A stretch of DNA of 64,000 bases from Abditibacterium sp. (GTDB lineage Bacteria > Armatimonadota > Abditibacteriia > Abditibacteriales > Abditibacteriaceae): NCBI GenBank assembly GCA_965246885.1, contig OZ251992.1:256001-320000 (forward strand), written 5' to 3'. Of this stretch, positions 46,257 to 57,165 are shown one piece after another. The notes under the pieces are model-generated. The model was not told the origin of the DNA. It searched no databases and worked only from the letters and a program-made list of their open reading frames with translations. The position numbers and the translations under genes are program-made. Position 1 is the first letter of the stretch; each line of letters starts with the position of its first letter.

Positions 46257-47528
46257 ATGCCCACTGCCATGACCGCCCTTTCTGCTGTTCGCCCAAACCA
46301 GACTCTTCACGAGTGGGTCGCAGCCGATTTGCGCTTGAAAATCGAGAGCAGCGAACTGTCTCCGGGAGAGCGTTTGCCATCTCGCCAACGGCTGGCCGAG
46401 CAGTACGGTGTGAGCACCATCACGGTGCGCGAAGCGCTGCGTCGTTTGGCTGCCGAAGGTTACATTTTGAGCCGCCGGGGTTCGGGGTGCTACGTGGATG
46501 GCAAAGACGTTTTAGCGTCGGGCGACATAGATGGCGCGCGAAATCAGAGCGTGAATGGGGGCAACGCGTATGCCCTTGGGCGGGCGTCGGTCGAGAAAAC
46601 CTTCAGCAATATGGTGGCTGTTTTGACGCCATTGACGGAGGCGCTTTCGGGAGCGGACGCGGCGCGGTTTCAACTGCTGGAACAAGGCGCCCTCAACGAA
46701 GTCCGGCGCGCGGGTTCTCATGCTTTGGCGCTTCATCCCGACCGTTTAAACGACGAGGAGATCGAGCGACTGGCCGAGATGGGCGTGCGCGGGGTGATTA
46801 TCGGCGAATTCGGGGCGGACACCAAACGTGAGGTGGCTTGCGCGCAGTTGCTGGCGAATCACGGTGTTGCGGTCGTGATGTATGGGGAAGGGGAAGCGGA
46901 TGAGTTCGAGGCGTTCGACCGCGTCGTTTCCGACCACGAAAGTGGGGCCTACGATTTGGCACGTTGGCTCATCGAGCAAGGTCGGAAGCGCATCCTGAAC
47001 GTGTGGGGGATGCCCGCGCAGGGGTATTGGTTCGCCCAGCGCTACAAAGGCTACGAGCGGGCGATGCGCGAAGCGGGGCTTGAAGTTCTGGCACCCATTC
47101 AAGTTCCGCCAACGCCGCTCACCACCTCGTCGTCGTGCGCGCCCTTTGAACAGCACGCCCGGTTCATGGCGGGGTTCCTCATCGAGCACCTGCGGGGAAG
47201 CGAGTCGGTTGACGCTATTATGGCGGGAACTGACCGCGATACCTTTGGAGTGCTGGCCGCCTGCCGCTTGCTGGGCAAGGAGCCGGGCCGCGATGTATCG
47301 TTGGTGGGCTACGACGACTATTGGAAGGAGTGCGAGGAGCGCGCGTTCGAGCCTTGCAGCCCTCAAGCCACCGTTTCCAAGCGCACGGCTCAGATAGGGC
47401 GTGAACTGGCCACGCTCCTGTTTGAACGCACGCAAGGAAGTTTGCCTGCTCCCGCGCAGCGCCGGGTGGTTACGCCCCAAATCGTGGTGACGAGAAGCAG
47501 CGCCCGCAGTCAGTTGCCAGAAGAGTGA
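46257..47528 (+). CDS. GntR HTH + LacI-type sensor transcriptional regulator (AraR-like)
   Basis: GERLPSRQRLAEQYGVSTITVREAL..L..EG.I..RRGSG; C-terminal SDHESG..RYKGY..VSLVGYDD; start uncertain. Confidence 0.88.
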   Translation: MPTAMTALSAVRPNQTLHEWVAADLRLKIESSELSPGERLPSRQRLAEQYGVSTITVREALRRLAAEGYILSRRGSGCYVDGKDVLASGDIDGARNQSVNGGNAYALGRASVEKTFSNMVAVLTPLTEALSGADAARFQLLEQGALNEVRRAGSHALALHPDRLNDEEIERLAEMGVRGVIIGEFGADTKREVACAQLLANHGVAVVMYGEGEADEFEAFDRVVSDHESGAYDLARWLIEQGRKRILNVWGMPAQGYWFAQRYKGYERAMREAGLEVLAPIQVPPTPLTTSSSCAPFEQHARFMAGFLIEHLRGSESVDAIMAGTDRDTFGVLAACRLLGKEPGRDVSLVGYDDYWKECEERAFEPCSPQATVSKRTAQIGRELATLLFERTQGSLPAPAQRRVVTPQIVVTRSSARSQLPEE

Positions 47529-47650
47529 ATGTCTACATGCCATAAACCAAACGCCATGCTGGTGGCGACTTGGAAAGTATTATTTACCAGCGCAGGGGAG
47601 TTTCTCCCACCACGTCAGCAAACAATCGGCTTTCAGCCCAAGGAAACAAA

Positions 47651-48424
47651 ATGAACACATCCAAACAAGGCTTTACCCTTATAGAATTGCTCGTAGTTAT
47701 CGCCATCATCGCTATTTTGGCAGCTATCTTGTTCCCCGCTTTCGCGCGTGCGCGCGAGAACGCCCGCCGCGCCTCTTGCCAGTCCAACCTCAAACAAATC
47801 GGCCTCGGTTTGCTTCAGTATGCCCAAGACTACGACGAGAAAATCGTGCGCTGCTCCTACGGCACTGGCGGCGGTGATGGCGCTTCCCAATCCGATAAGT
47901 GGAAGTGGATGGACGCCGCTTACCCCTACGTCAAGAGCACCCAAATTTTCACCTGTCCCAGCGACTCCGTGAACACTGGCTACACCTACAACCAACCGGG
48001 AGTTGGAGGAGGCAACCTCTCTTTCGGTTCTTACACCATCAACTGCGCCGTTGGCGTTGGCGGAACGGCGCCTTCGAGCAACGCGAGCGAAACCACGCTC
48101 GCGCAACTGAGCGAATCGGCAACCACCGTTTGGGTGGCCGATGGAGCGCCCAACCCAAACAAAGACTACACCTACCGTTACATTCCCGTCGACCTAGGGC
48201 CAGGATCAGCAGGAGGTACTGGTGATGGCGTCAGCATTTCCGGCACGTCACCGCGCCTTTTGAACGGCCACTCTTCCGCTTCAAGCAAAATCAGCGAGCG
48301 CCATTTGGATACGACAAACGTCCTGTACTGCGACGGGCACGTCAAAGCCGTGAAGCTGGACGCCATCGCCAAAACGAACGCGGCGGGAACTGCCATCCCC
48401 GCGCTCACCGTAGAAGCCGACTAA
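47651..48424 (+). CDS. prepilin-type N-methylation / DUF1559 protein with H-X9-DG motif (#1)
   Basis: [45 protein letters not shown] and [16 protein letters not shown] motifs. Confidence 0.93.
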   Translation: MNTSKQGFTLIELLVVIAIIAILAAILFPAFARARENARRASCQSNLKQIGLGLLQYAQDYDEKIVRCSYGTGGGDGASQSDKWKWMDAAYPYVKSTQIFTCPSDSVNTGYTYNQPGVGGGNLSFGSYTINCAVGVGGTAPSSNASETTLAQLSESATTVWVADGAPNPNKDYTYRYIPVDLGPGSAGGTGDGVSISGTSPRLLNGHSSASSKISERHLDTTNVLYCDGHVKAVKLDAIAKTNAAGTAIPALTVEAD

Positions 48425-48434
48425 CCCAAATACC

Positions 48435-48479
48435 GCATCCGCGCGTGACCGGGGAGTGGAACCGGTCACGCGCGGATGC
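48435..48479 (+). other. 18-bp intergenic stem-loop between DUF1559 genes
   Basis: GCATCCGCGCGTGACCGG-N9-CCGGTCACGCGCGGATGC; no U-tract. Confidence 0.75.
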
Positions 48480-48496
48480 TATGGAAGAAAACTGCC

Positions 48497-49207
48497 ATGA
48501 CACACAGAGAAATAAAGCGCGATTCTGGATTTACCCTTATAGAATTGCTCGTAGTTATCGCCATCATCGCAATCCTTGCAGCGATTCTGTTCCCCGCTTT
48601 CGCGCGTGCGCGCGAGAACGCCCGCCGCGCCTCGTGCCAGTCCAACCTCAAACAAATCGGGCTGGGGCTGGCGCAATACATTCAAGATTACGACGAGCGC
48701 ACGCCCATTCAAAGCTACAGCTACAGCGTCAACGGCGACGTGGTCTACTATTCCAGTAGCACGGCCCTCACCAACTGGATAAAGGGCATAGACCCCTATG
48801 TGAAAAGCTGGCAAATCTACCGGTGCCCGTCGGCTACCAGTTACGCCGCCCTTCCCGTTGGGGATTATACACCCAACGGCACCAACGATACCAGTTACTT
48901 CGCCAACGCGGTGGTAATGAACCGCAGCGCCAGCGTCATTCCCGCTTCATCCGAGATCATCTGGGCGCACGAAGATCAGGTCTCTTACGGCGCTTCGGTG
49001 CTTAGGCCGACCACGCAGGACAGCGGCGCGACTTATCTGGGCTGGCTCAACTCAACTTACGATGTTCATCACTTCGAGGGCGGCAACCTGCTGTTCTGCG
49101 ATGGGCACGTCAAGTGGCGCAGACAAAGCAGCATCAAGGCCAGCGAGTTTGGACTGACCAGTACAGCCGTCGGCGTGGCCGGTGGAACATCAACGGCGGC
49201 GTTTTAA
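48497..49207 (+). CDS. prepilin-type / DUF1559 protein with H-X9-DG motif (#2)
   Basis: GFTLIELL..., CPS and [15 protein letters not shown] motifs. Confidence 0.93.
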   Translation: MTHREIKRDSGFTLIELLVVIAIIAILAAILFPAFARARENARRASCQSNLKQIGLGLAQYIQDYDERTPIQSYSYSVNGDVVYYSSSTALTNWIKGIDPYVKSWQIYRCPSATSYAALPVGDYTPNGTNDTSYFANAVVMNRSASVIPASSEIIWAHEDQVSYGASVLRPTTQDSGATYLGWLNSTYDVHHFEGGNLLFCDGHVKWRRQSSIKASEFGLTSTAVGVAGGTSTAAF

Positions 49208-49234
49208 GCGCCCAAACATCGCCCGGAGGAATTC

Positions 49235-50179
49235 ATGATTTCCCAATACGCAGGTGGCGGCGCCCCGGCGGCGCCTTCCGGTTATGGTTTGTGCTTCCAC
49301 TGGACGACGTGGACGATGCCCCGGCACGGGGAATTGCTGCCGTTTGAAGAAGCGATCAATGCTTTTGATGTCGGGCGCTTCGCGAACATGGTGGCGCAGA
49401 CCGGCGCGAGTTATTGCTTCGTGACGGCGACGCACGCGCTCGAACAGATTCCCGCGCCGATTCAATCTCTGGAAGCGGCGTTGCCGGGTCGCACTTGCGC
49501 GCGCGACCTGTTGGGCGAGATGGCCGATGCGCTCATCGAACGCGGCGTCCAGTTCGCGCTTTATTACAACCATTCCTGCAACGCGGAAGACGACCCGCAG
49601 TGGCAACGCGCCTGCGGCTGGTTGGACGAAGATAAGTCCCGCTTTTACGACATCGTTTTCGGCATCGTGCGCGAACTGGGCGAACGCTATGGCGAGCGCT
49701 TGGCGGCGTATTGGTTCGACAGCGCCTTCACCCTCGCGCCCTTAAGCCCCGATTGGCAAAGGTGGACGGATGCGGCCAAAACTGGAAACCCCGACCGCCG
49801 CATTTGCTACAACTCCGGCGTCAATGACCTGACCAGCTACACCCCGCTTCAAGATTACTGGGCGGGCGAGTTCGACGACATCCATCATCCCAACGCGCAA
49901 CCTCCAACCGACTACGCTTCGGGCGGACGCTTGGCCGCCAACGGGCTGCCTTTTCATAGCCTGTTCTGGCTCGACGACTTCTGGGGACACACGGCCAAAG
50001 ATACCGACATCGTGGCGCCCAAGTACTCCGACGAAGAATTGTGCGAATACGTGACCCGCGTCCTGCGGCACGGCGGCGCCGTTACGCTCAACCCCAGCGT
50101 CTATCAGGACGGAACCATCTCCCCGGCGACTTTCGCGCAACTGCTCAAAGTCAAAGCCGCCGCGCACGACGCGCGCTAA
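49235..50179 (+). CDS. alpha-L-fucosidase-like (GH29-like) glycoside hydrolase
   Basis: FHW, FD...FA..V..TGA.Y, RDLLGE.ADAL, LYYN, ELGERYG and YWFD (nucleophile position) motifs. Confidence 0.7.
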   Translation: MISQYAGGGAPAAPSGYGLCFHWTTWTMPRHGELLPFEEAINAFDVGRFANMVAQTGASYCFVTATHALEQIPAPIQSLEAALPGRTCARDLLGEMADALIERGVQFALYYNHSCNAEDDPQWQRACGWLDEDKSRFYDIVFGIVRELGERYGERLAAYWFDSAFTLAPLSPDWQRWTDAAKTGNPDRRICYNSGVNDLTSYTPLQDYWAGEFDDIHHPNAQPPTDYASGGRLAANGLPFHSLFWLDDFWGHTAKDTDIVAPKYSDEELCEYVTRVLRHGGAVTLNPSVYQDGTISPATFAQLLKVKAAAHDAR

Positions 50180-50194
50180 CCCTACCCCCTTTTC

Positions 50195-52858
50195 ATGGAC
50201 AAGACCTTTTCGGCGGCACGCGCCTTGTTGTGGGCGGCGTTTCTGCTTTGCCCTACCTGTGGCTGCGTGCGCGCTGACGAAGCCGCCGCGCCCGCCGCGC
50301 CCGCGAACAAAGCCACCAACAGCGCGCCTGCTCCGCTTTCCTACACCTCGACATGGGTGGGAAACTCTTACGGGCAGGGCGACGGCAAATGGATTCAAAA
50401 CAACATTTTGGGCCTGCATGTCACGGCGTCCGGCGTCGTGTATACCAACAGTTGGTGGGACGAAGGGCGGCGCGAAAGCGGCATCTACGCCGGAAAAGAC
50501 GGGACTCCCGTCGGCATGTTGGAAAGCTTGCACGACTCTTTCGGCGGCGGCTTCGCGGTGACGGGCGACGACGGGTTCATCTACGCCTCGAACTGGGACA
50601 ACGTGCGCCGTTGCCATTTCGATGGTAGCCCCGCGCCTTTTCCCGGCGGGCAAGGCGTGCGCGGTGACACCGTCGGCACTTCCACCAAGCCCACCGGCAC
50701 CGACAAGAGCAAGGGCGTGCGCGGTTTGGGCGTGGATAAGGCGAATCACCTGCTGTTCGTTTCCCAAAACAACGACAACGAACTGCAAGTGTGGGACACC
50801 GCCACCATGACGCGCGCCCGCAAATGGAGTGTCGAGCGACCCGGCCAATTGGCTGTTGCGCCCGATGGCACAATATGGCTGATTTCCCGCAAAGAAGCCG
50901 GACAGAGCGGCCAAGTTTTTCACTACCAAGCGGACGGCACGCAGCTTTCCCAGACAATCGAGGGCGGCGCCGACTTCGACCCGACGGGGATTTGGTTCGA
51001 CGCCAAGACCAACCGCCTCTTTGTGGCCGACAACGGCCCCGACCAGAACATCAAGATATACGGCCAATCGCTGGCCCTTGCGCACCCCAAGCCGAGCGCG
51101 GTCTTTGGGGCGGGCATTTACTCCGGCACGCCGGGTCAAGTCACAACTTCCAAGTTCGGCAGTAGCGGTTTGACCGGCATCGCCACCGATGCGGCGGGCA
51201 ACTTTTACGTGAGCATGAACGGCGTCGGCCCGCAGTCGTTCTGGCATGGCGGCGGGACGGTGCTGGAATCGTGGACGCCTGCGGGCAAGCTGCGTTGGCG
51301 CAAGCTCGGCCTCGCGTTCGTGGACAGCGCCGACGCCGAACCCGCGTCCGACAAGGGTAGCGGCCTTGATGTCTACGACAAGTACTCCCACTACCGCCTC
51401 GACCTGTCCAAGACGACGGCGGGGACGGAGTGGACATACGCGGGTCGCACGCTCAACCAACTGAAGTACCCGCAAGACCCGCGCTTTCTGCGCTCGGCGG
51501 ACGGCTGGGACTACACCGGTGGCACCTTCGTGCGCCAAGTCCAAGGGCATAAGCTGCTGTATGTATTGAGCATGCAAGCGCGCCGCGTGCTCATCTTCCG
51601 CTTTAGCCCCGCCACCGATGGCGAAACCGCTATTCCGGCGGGCATCTGGGAATCGCAGGGCGGCTACTCCGCCGACTACCCCGGCAGCCCGCGCGGGAAG
51701 GATTTCTTCTGGCGCGACATCAACGGGGACGGACGCTTCGACGCCGATGAATTCGCGGCGGGGCCGGGAGTGCCCAACGTCGGCTTCGGGTTGTGGGTGG
51801 ACTCCAACGGCGACTTCTGGTCGTGCAACCACTGGGCCGGGAATGGCGTCGGGATTCGCCGATGGAAGATGCAGGGCTTTGACGCGCACGGCAACCCCAT
51901 CTACGACTATTCGGCGGGTAACTACACCGAGTTCCAGCGTCCCGAAGGGAGCCAAGGCGACCTGCGCCGTTTGGAGTATTTTCCCGCGACCGACACCATG
52001 TACGTCGCCAGCACCAGCGTTTCCGATGGCGACCGCGACGCGGGCAACCGCATCGTGAAATACGACCACTGGAACAGTTCCAAACGGAGCGTCGCTTGGA
52101 CGCTTGACCCGCCTTTGGACAAGACGAAAATCTCGGCAATAAGCGTCGCCGGAGATTACCTGTTCCTCGGCTATAGTTACTTCGGCACCAACAGCCGTGA
52201 GGGAACAATCCGCGTTTACAAGGTCGCCGACGGCTCCTATGCGGGTGAGATTACCCCCACGCCTGCCGTCGGCTCGGTCAGTGGCACCTTCGACATCCCC
52301 TACGCCATTCGCGCCGTCAAACGGCAAAGCGGCGAGTACCTGATTTTCGCTGAGGACGACCACTACGCGAAAATCATCGTCCACCGTTGGAACCCAACCG
52401 GCACGACAGTGGTGGATACCCTCGACCAACTGAACAAGATAGACGCGGCGCGCAGTTCCAAGGGGTGGGACATTGACGGCTCCAATCCGGGGCAGTTCTC
52501 TGGCGACACCGGACGGGCGACGCGCACCAGCGATACGGCGCAGGCGTTGGTGTGGCACGTCCCGAATCTTTCCAATTTTGCCGGGGCGATATATTTCGAT
52601 TCTAAGCTCGACCTCGATGGCTTGGTGACATTTTCCACTTCGATGGATGGCGCCAAATGGACGCCCCTCCAGACGGCCCGCACCGCTTCTCTGGGCACGA
52701 GCGGCGGGTGGAGCGTTTCCTCTTTTGCGCCCCATAGCGGCGCCGTGCCCGCCCACACGAACTACCTCAAGTTGCAGGTCGCTCCCAGTGGCGTGAGTTG
52801 GAACGTGCAGTTGGGCCGGATGGAATTGTTTAGTGCACCGGAGCCGGTAACGCGATGA
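50195..52858 (+). CDS. secreted beta-propeller (NHL/SMP-30-like) protein with C-terminal accessory domain
   Basis: Signal peptide; repeated propeller-like blades (LAVAPDGTIW, LFVADNGPDQ, IATDAAGNFYV); DINGDGRFD Ca-loop. Confidence 0.65.
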   Translation: MDKTFSAARALLWAAFLLCPTCGCVRADEAAAPAAPANKATNSAPAPLSYTSTWVGNSYGQGDGKWIQNNILGLHVTASGVVYTNSWWDEGRRESGIYAGKDGTPVGMLESLHDSFGGGFAVTGDDGFIYASNWDNVRRCHFDGSPAPFPGGQGVRGDTVGTSTKPTGTDKSKGVRGLGVDKANHLLFVSQNNDNELQVWDTATMTRARKWSVERPGQLAVAPDGTIWLISRKEAGQSGQVFHYQADGTQLSQTIEGGADFDPTGIWFDAKTNRLFVADNGPDQNIKIYGQSLALAHPKPSAVFGAGIYSGTPGQVTTSKFGSSGLTGIATDAAGNFYVSMNGVGPQSFWHGGGTVLESWTPAGKLRWRKLGLAFVDSADAEPASDKGSGLDVYDKYSHYRLDLSKTTAGTEWTYAGRTLNQLKYPQDPRFLRSADGWDYTGGTFVRQVQGHKLLYVLSMQARRVLIFRFSPATDGETAIPAGIWESQGGYSADYPGSPRGKDFFWRDINGDGRFDADEFAAGPGVPNVGFGLWVDSNGDFWSCNHWAGNGVGIRRWKMQGFDAHGNPIYDYSAGNYTEFQRPEGSQGDLRRLEYFPATDTMYVASTSVSDGDRDAGNRIVKYDHWNSSKRSVAWTLDPPLDKTKISAISVAGDYLFLGYSYFGTNSREGTIRVYKVADGSYAGEITPTPAVGSVSGTFDIPYAIRAVKRQSGEYLIFAEDDHYAKIIVHRWNPTGTTVVDTLDQLNKIDAARSSKGWDIDGSNPGQFSGDTGRATRTSDTAQALVWHVPNLSNFAGAIYFDSKLDLDGLVTFSTSMDGAKWTPLQTARTASLGTSGGWSVSSFAPHSGAVPAHTNYLKLQVAPSGVSWNVQLGRMELFSAPEPVTR

Positions 52859-53022
52859 CGGGAGGCGGCAGCGCCATGCGGGGAGGAAATCATGGCGTGC
52901 GGGGAGGCGGTAGCGCGACGAGGGGAGGAATTATTCCCGTGCGGGGAGGTAATCATGGGACGCGGGGAGGTATTCTTCCCGTGCGGGGAGGTAATCATGG
53001 CGTCCCGGCTGTGGCCGGGCTT
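52855..53022. repeat. degenerate 21-nt tandem repeat, 7-8 units (family B)
   Basis: Units at 52855, 52876, 52897, 52918, 52939, 52960 and 52981, each with GGAGG at positions 7-11; consensus GTGCGGGGAGGTAATCATGGC. Confidence 0.88.
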
Positions 53023-53028
53023 GGTATT

Positions 53029-56000
53029 ATGCACACAGTTCTCAAAATCGCGCGCGCCGCTTCCCTGACGGGCGTTTTTCTGGCGTTCCCTGCACCCCGT
53101 TGTTTGGCCGCCGGGGAGATTCCCTTGGTGGCCAATTACACAATGGAGCCGCCCGCCGACGCGCGCGCACTCGCGGACAATGGCCCGCTTCATATAGATG
53201 GGCGCCTGACTTCGGGCGTGGAGTATTCGACGCCCGGACGCGACGGGACGGGCCACGCGCTGCGCTTTTCCGGCGAGGGCGATGGCGTGGCCCGCATAGA
53301 CAAGGGAAAGTTTCTCCACCGGCTCGGCGCGCCTTTGTCGGTTTCCTTGTGGATCAAGCCGCAAGCGTGGGCCGAGCCGGGGCGCGGCGCCGCTCTGCTG
53401 ACCAAAACCTCCCAATCGTGGATTTCCAAAGCCTTTGCGCTGAGCATCGGCGACAACGGCAGTTTGGGCTTCGAGGGCAGCGAGGGCAACGGGTCGGGCT
53501 GGACGGGGCCGATACTCCAACTGAACAAGTGGCAACACGTCGCTTTCACCTTTGCACCCGGCGGCCAGAGGATTCTCTACCTCAACGGCCAAGCCGTCAG
53601 CCAAGCCCCGGCGGGGCCGGGTTTGTACAACAACGAAGAACCGCTTTTCTTCGGCTACGAGAACGGCTACGACGGGCCGGGCGGCTACCGCTCGAAATAC
53701 AAGGGCGAGATGGACGACGTGCATATCTACGCCGCCGCCTTGTCCGGCGACCAAATCAGGGCCGACATGATCGCTCCCCTCGCGCCCACCCGCGCCGCGA
53801 CCGAAAGCGACCTCGCGCCGCGCCGCTTCCGCACTACTCTGCGGCTCGCGCGCTTTGATTGGCCGCTTGGACTGCGCGACTATCGCGGACAAACCCGCGC
53901 GGGCGCCCGGCGCACGGATGGCCCGGACGCGCTCGACTTTCCGGCGCTCACCTTGACAAACGGCGACGGCACCGCGCAAACCCTCTTTGAAAAAGAGGCC
54001 GAGCAGACCGTTGACTTGCCCGAATTTCAAGACGCCCAAGGCAGCCCCGTCTTTCGCCAACCCTACGACAGCACCATCTCCCCCGGCGACCATTGGGTGC
54101 GCGCCCACAAGCTCACCTTGTGGGGGCGGCGCGACGTGTATTCCACTGATGCCACGCTGCGCGGGGGGCGCGACTTGGAAATCTGGGCCTTTCCCATTCG
54201 CATATCCGGCGAGCCAATCGCCTCCGTCGAAGTCAAGTCCGGCGCCCAGATCGTTTACCAAAGGACGTTTGTCCCCGCGCTTCACTCCCTCACGCTCCAA
54301 CTGCCGCAAGCCGCCTATTCCGTTACGGTCAACAACCGCGCGCCCGTCAGTTTCGCCGCCGGGTTGCAGCCACTCCAAAGCGGCGACCCGCGCTGGAACG
54401 CCCTCGTGGTGAACGCGCCCATCGCCGGAACCAAGTTGAGAATCGAGAACGCGCCGCGCGCTTTTGTCCATCAAAAAGAGTGGGACGACGACCTCGCGGC
54501 GGTCTCGCAAGCGGCGCCGTTGCCATTTGAATGGACGCGCGAGGTGCGCTCGTTCCCCGATTTCGTCGGCGTGGAAGTGCCGCGCTCGCCGCTTTCCATC
54601 TACGCCACCAGCCTAACGCACGGCATGAGCGGCGGCTTTCTGTATCACTCCGAACAAGGCCCGGCGTTTTCCGGCTCCGCCGACAATTACGCGCAGTTTC
54701 TGGCCGACAACGGCTATGATTTGGTCTTCGAGCAAAGCATCAATGGTTACGTGCTCGATCGCGCGAGGGACGTTAGCTCCTACGAAAACTGGCTGGCGGC
54801 GCTTGGACGGCACGGCGTGCGCGGCGGCCTCAACGTCAACAGTCTGAACAACTCGCACCAAGCGCTCTTTGGCGCGAACCTCGTCGAGTTCCACGCGCCC
54901 AAATTCCGCGACGCGCAGCTAATGGCGGGGCGCTTCGCGCGCTTCCCCAACTTCGCGGGCATGGCGATGGGCGCCGACAACGCGCAGTATTCGTGGTATT
55001 GGGATTGGAACGGGCCAAGCAGCGAGCACCCCTTTGGCATGGCGCTCAGCACTTTGTTTGCTCAAAGCGCGCCCGTCATCCCCGCCGCGCCCGCTTGGAC
55101 GGAACTCAAATCCTACCAACAAAAGACAACGCAACAGCAGTTCCTCCGTTACATCGCCCGCTTCGACTCGGCCTATAAAAAGAACGGCGAATACTTTGGC
55201 CGCGCGGTGCGCGAGGTTAACCCCGCTCTGGCGATAACGTCCGGCTCATACGGCAGCGAGTCGGGAGTGGGCGCGCGCGGCGGGCACTGGTCAACCCTGC
55301 CGGGAAAAGCGATGTTCGAGGGGCTTCCCGTTGCGCAGGCTTACGACTGGGACGAAACCGACGTGGTCAAGCCGCTCCAAAACGTGGCCCTCACCGACCG
55401 GCTCCGCTCGTATTTCCCGGACAAACCGGCGTGGTCGCTGTTGGACGATTTCCGCTTGAAGTTCGGACGCGAAACCATGCAGCGCCAATACGCCTTAGCC
55501 CTCACGCGTGGAATTGAGGGGATGGGCGTGTCCTTCCTCGCCAACCCCACCAACCAAAAGGAGTGGAACAAGCCGGACTACTCCAACTGGCGCCGCGACA
55601 TGCACGCTTGGGCACACCGCTACGGCGGCGTTTATGCCCGCACCCAACCGCGCCCGTCCGTCGGGATTCTCTACGTCAACGCGCAAGCGCTATCGCGCAC
55701 CGTCGTTGGCAACAAACCCGACGCCCCCGACGCCGCTTTGCTCGCAGGCTCGCACGGCGGCAAGACGAGCGAGGCGCTGTTCTTTTGTCAGGCCGCCGGT
55801 TGGCCCGCCAAAATCGTCACGCCCGAAGAATTGCGGCGCGGCCTCGCGCCTTCCGTGCACACGCTGTTGCTGGTCGGCCTGAACCGCTTCGACGGAACGT
55901 GGAACTGGTATGACGGACTGACGCCCGACCTAAAACGCTTCGTCGCGCGCGGGGGCCGCCTCGTTTCGGACGCCGAAACCGTCGCGCCGCCCGGTGTTCC

Positions 56001-57165
56001 CGTCGAGAACCTCGGCTTGCAAGTGCGCGCCTACGTCGAGCAAGGCGAACACGTGGCGCCCGCGCCCTCGACCGACCGCACCGCCCTGCTTTACGCGCGC
56101 AACCGCGACAACATCGCCAAACTGCGCGCCCTGAAAAACGCCGCGCCCCCGTTATGCGCGAGCGACGACCCCGCCATCTGGACAATCCCGACCCAAACCG
56201 GCGGCGTTCAATACGTGACCGTCGTCAACTACGCCGCGCCCGCAGGCCAAAACGCGACGCACGTCTTTGAACCGCGCACCGCCGCCTTGCGCTGGAACTC
56301 CGCGCGCCCCATCTACGATGTTCGCCTACGCCGCAAGCTCACGCCTGCCGAAGCCGCAACGGTGGACTTGACCCGAAACGCCTTCGCACTTTACGCCCTG
56401 CCGCCGCGCGCGGTGGGTGTGCCCCGCATTGCCCTCGCGCGCGGCGCCGATGGCTTCTGGAGCGCCAAAGTGGGCGTCGGGGCGCCCGATATGGACGGCG
56501 TGCCAGTGGAAATTGCCATCGAGAAAGGTGGGCAGAAAGCCACCGTTTGGGGCGCGACGGGAAGCGGCATCAAGCTGCCCATTCACGCGAGTTTGCCCGG
56601 CGCTTACTCCGTCACCGCGACGGAACTGTTGTCCGGCCTGAGGGGGAAAGCGACGGTTTCGGTGCCCGCCGCCCCGAAGAACGCGCCCGCGACACACGAT
56701 ACAGCCATCGCACGCTTTTTCGCGCGCCAAACGGTGCCCTTAACCGTTGCTCTCACGCCGTCGCAGTTCGACGACGCGGCGTGGCAAAAGGCGGCGGCAC
56801 TTCTCGTGGGCATGGCGCGCGCCGCCGGACGCCGCAACGTGACCGTCGCGCGGCTCGAACCGGGGACGCTCGTGACGGGTTTACAGGTCGTGGGCGGCGC
56901 CCAAAGTTTTCCGCGATGGCAGACCATCGAAAGCGACATCGTTCTACTGGGCACGCCGAACAGCAACGTGTTGTTGCTCGACCAAGCGCGCGGCTTTTTG
57001 CTGCCTCAAGCGGCGTTCGACCTCTCGCGCGGCGCTTACTCCGCGAGCGCTTCCTATTCGCCCTTCGTCGGCGAATACGACGCGCTCAACCTCGTTTCTC
57101 CCGATGCTTCGGGCGTGGCCGCGTTCATCCATGACTCCACAAAACTTCAAAAGAAAACCCCATGA
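53029..57165 (+). CDS. large secreted LamG (concanavalin-like) domain protein, putative glycanase
   Basis: Signal peptide after MHTVLK; LamG motifs SVSLWIKP, WQHVAFT, LYLNG and G.MDDVHIY..ALS; the frame is also open from ATG 52855. Confidence 0.72.
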   Translation: MHTVLKIARAASLTGVFLAFPAPRCLAAGEIPLVANYTMEPPADARALADNGPLHIDGRLTSGVEYSTPGRDGTGHALRFSGEGDGVARIDKGKFLHRLGAPLSVSLWIKPQAWAEPGRGAALLTKTSQSWISKAFALSIGDNGSLGFEGSEGNGSGWTGPILQLNKWQHVAFTFAPGGQRILYLNGQAVSQAPAGPGLYNNEEPLFFGYENGYDGPGGYRSKYKGEMDDVHIYAAALSGDQIRADMIAPLAPTRAATESDLAPRRFRTTLRLARFDWPLGLRDYRGQTRAGARRTDGPDALDFPALTLTNGDGTAQTLFEKEAEQTVDLPEFQDAQGSPVFRQPYDSTISPGDHWVRAHKLTLWGRRDVYSTDATLRGGRDLEIWAFPIRISGEPIASVEVKSGAQIVYQRTFVPALHSLTLQLPQAAYSVTVNNRAPVSFAAGLQPLQSGDPRWNALVVNAPIAGTKLRIENAPRAFVHQKEWDDDLAAVSQAAPLPFEWTREVRSFPDFVGVEVPRSPLSIYATSLTHGMSGGFLYHSEQGPAFSGSADNYAQFLADNGYDLVFEQSINGYVLDRARDVSSYENWLAALGRHGVRGGLNVNSLNNSHQALFGANLVEFHAPKFRDAQLMAGRFARFPNFAGMAMGADNAQYSWYWDWNGPSSEHPFGMALSTLFAQSAPVIPAAPAWTELKSYQQKTTQQQFLRYIARFDSAYKKNGEYFGRAVREVNPALAITSGSYGSESGVGARGGHWSTLPGKAMFEGLPVAQAYDWDETDVVKPLQNVALTDRLRSYFPDKPAWSLLDDFRLKFGRETMQRQYALALTRGIEGMGVSFLANPTNQKEWNKPDYSNWRRDMHAWAHRYGGVYARTQPRPSVGILYVNAQALSRTVVGNKPDAPDAALLAGSHGGKTSEALFFCQAAGWPAKIVTPEELRRGLAPSVHTLLLVGLNRFDGTWNWYDGLTPDLKRFVARGGRLVSDAETVAPPGVPVENLGLQVRAYVEQGEHVAPAPSTDRTALLYARNRDNIAKLRALKNAAPPLCASDDPAIWTIPTQTGGVQYVTVVNYAAPAGQNATHVFEPRTAALRWNSARPIYDVRLRRKLTPAEAATVDLTRNAFALYALPPRAVGVPRIALARGADGFWSAKVGVGAPDMDGVPVEIAIEKGGQKATVWGATGSGIKLPIHASLPGAYSVTATELLSGLRGKATVSVPAAPKNAPATHDTAIARFFARQTVPLTVALTPSQFDDAAWQKAAALLVGMARAAGRRNVTVARLEPGTLVTGLQVVGGAQSFPRWQTIESDIVLLGTPNSNVLLLDQARGFLLPQAAFDLSRGAYSASASYSPFVGEYDALNLVSPDASGVAAFIHDSTKLQKKTP

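Noticed and set aside
49742..54510. 1004-aa and 582-aa minus-strand ORFs
   Set aside because: Antisense to well-formed secreted-protein genes; no recognisable domains.
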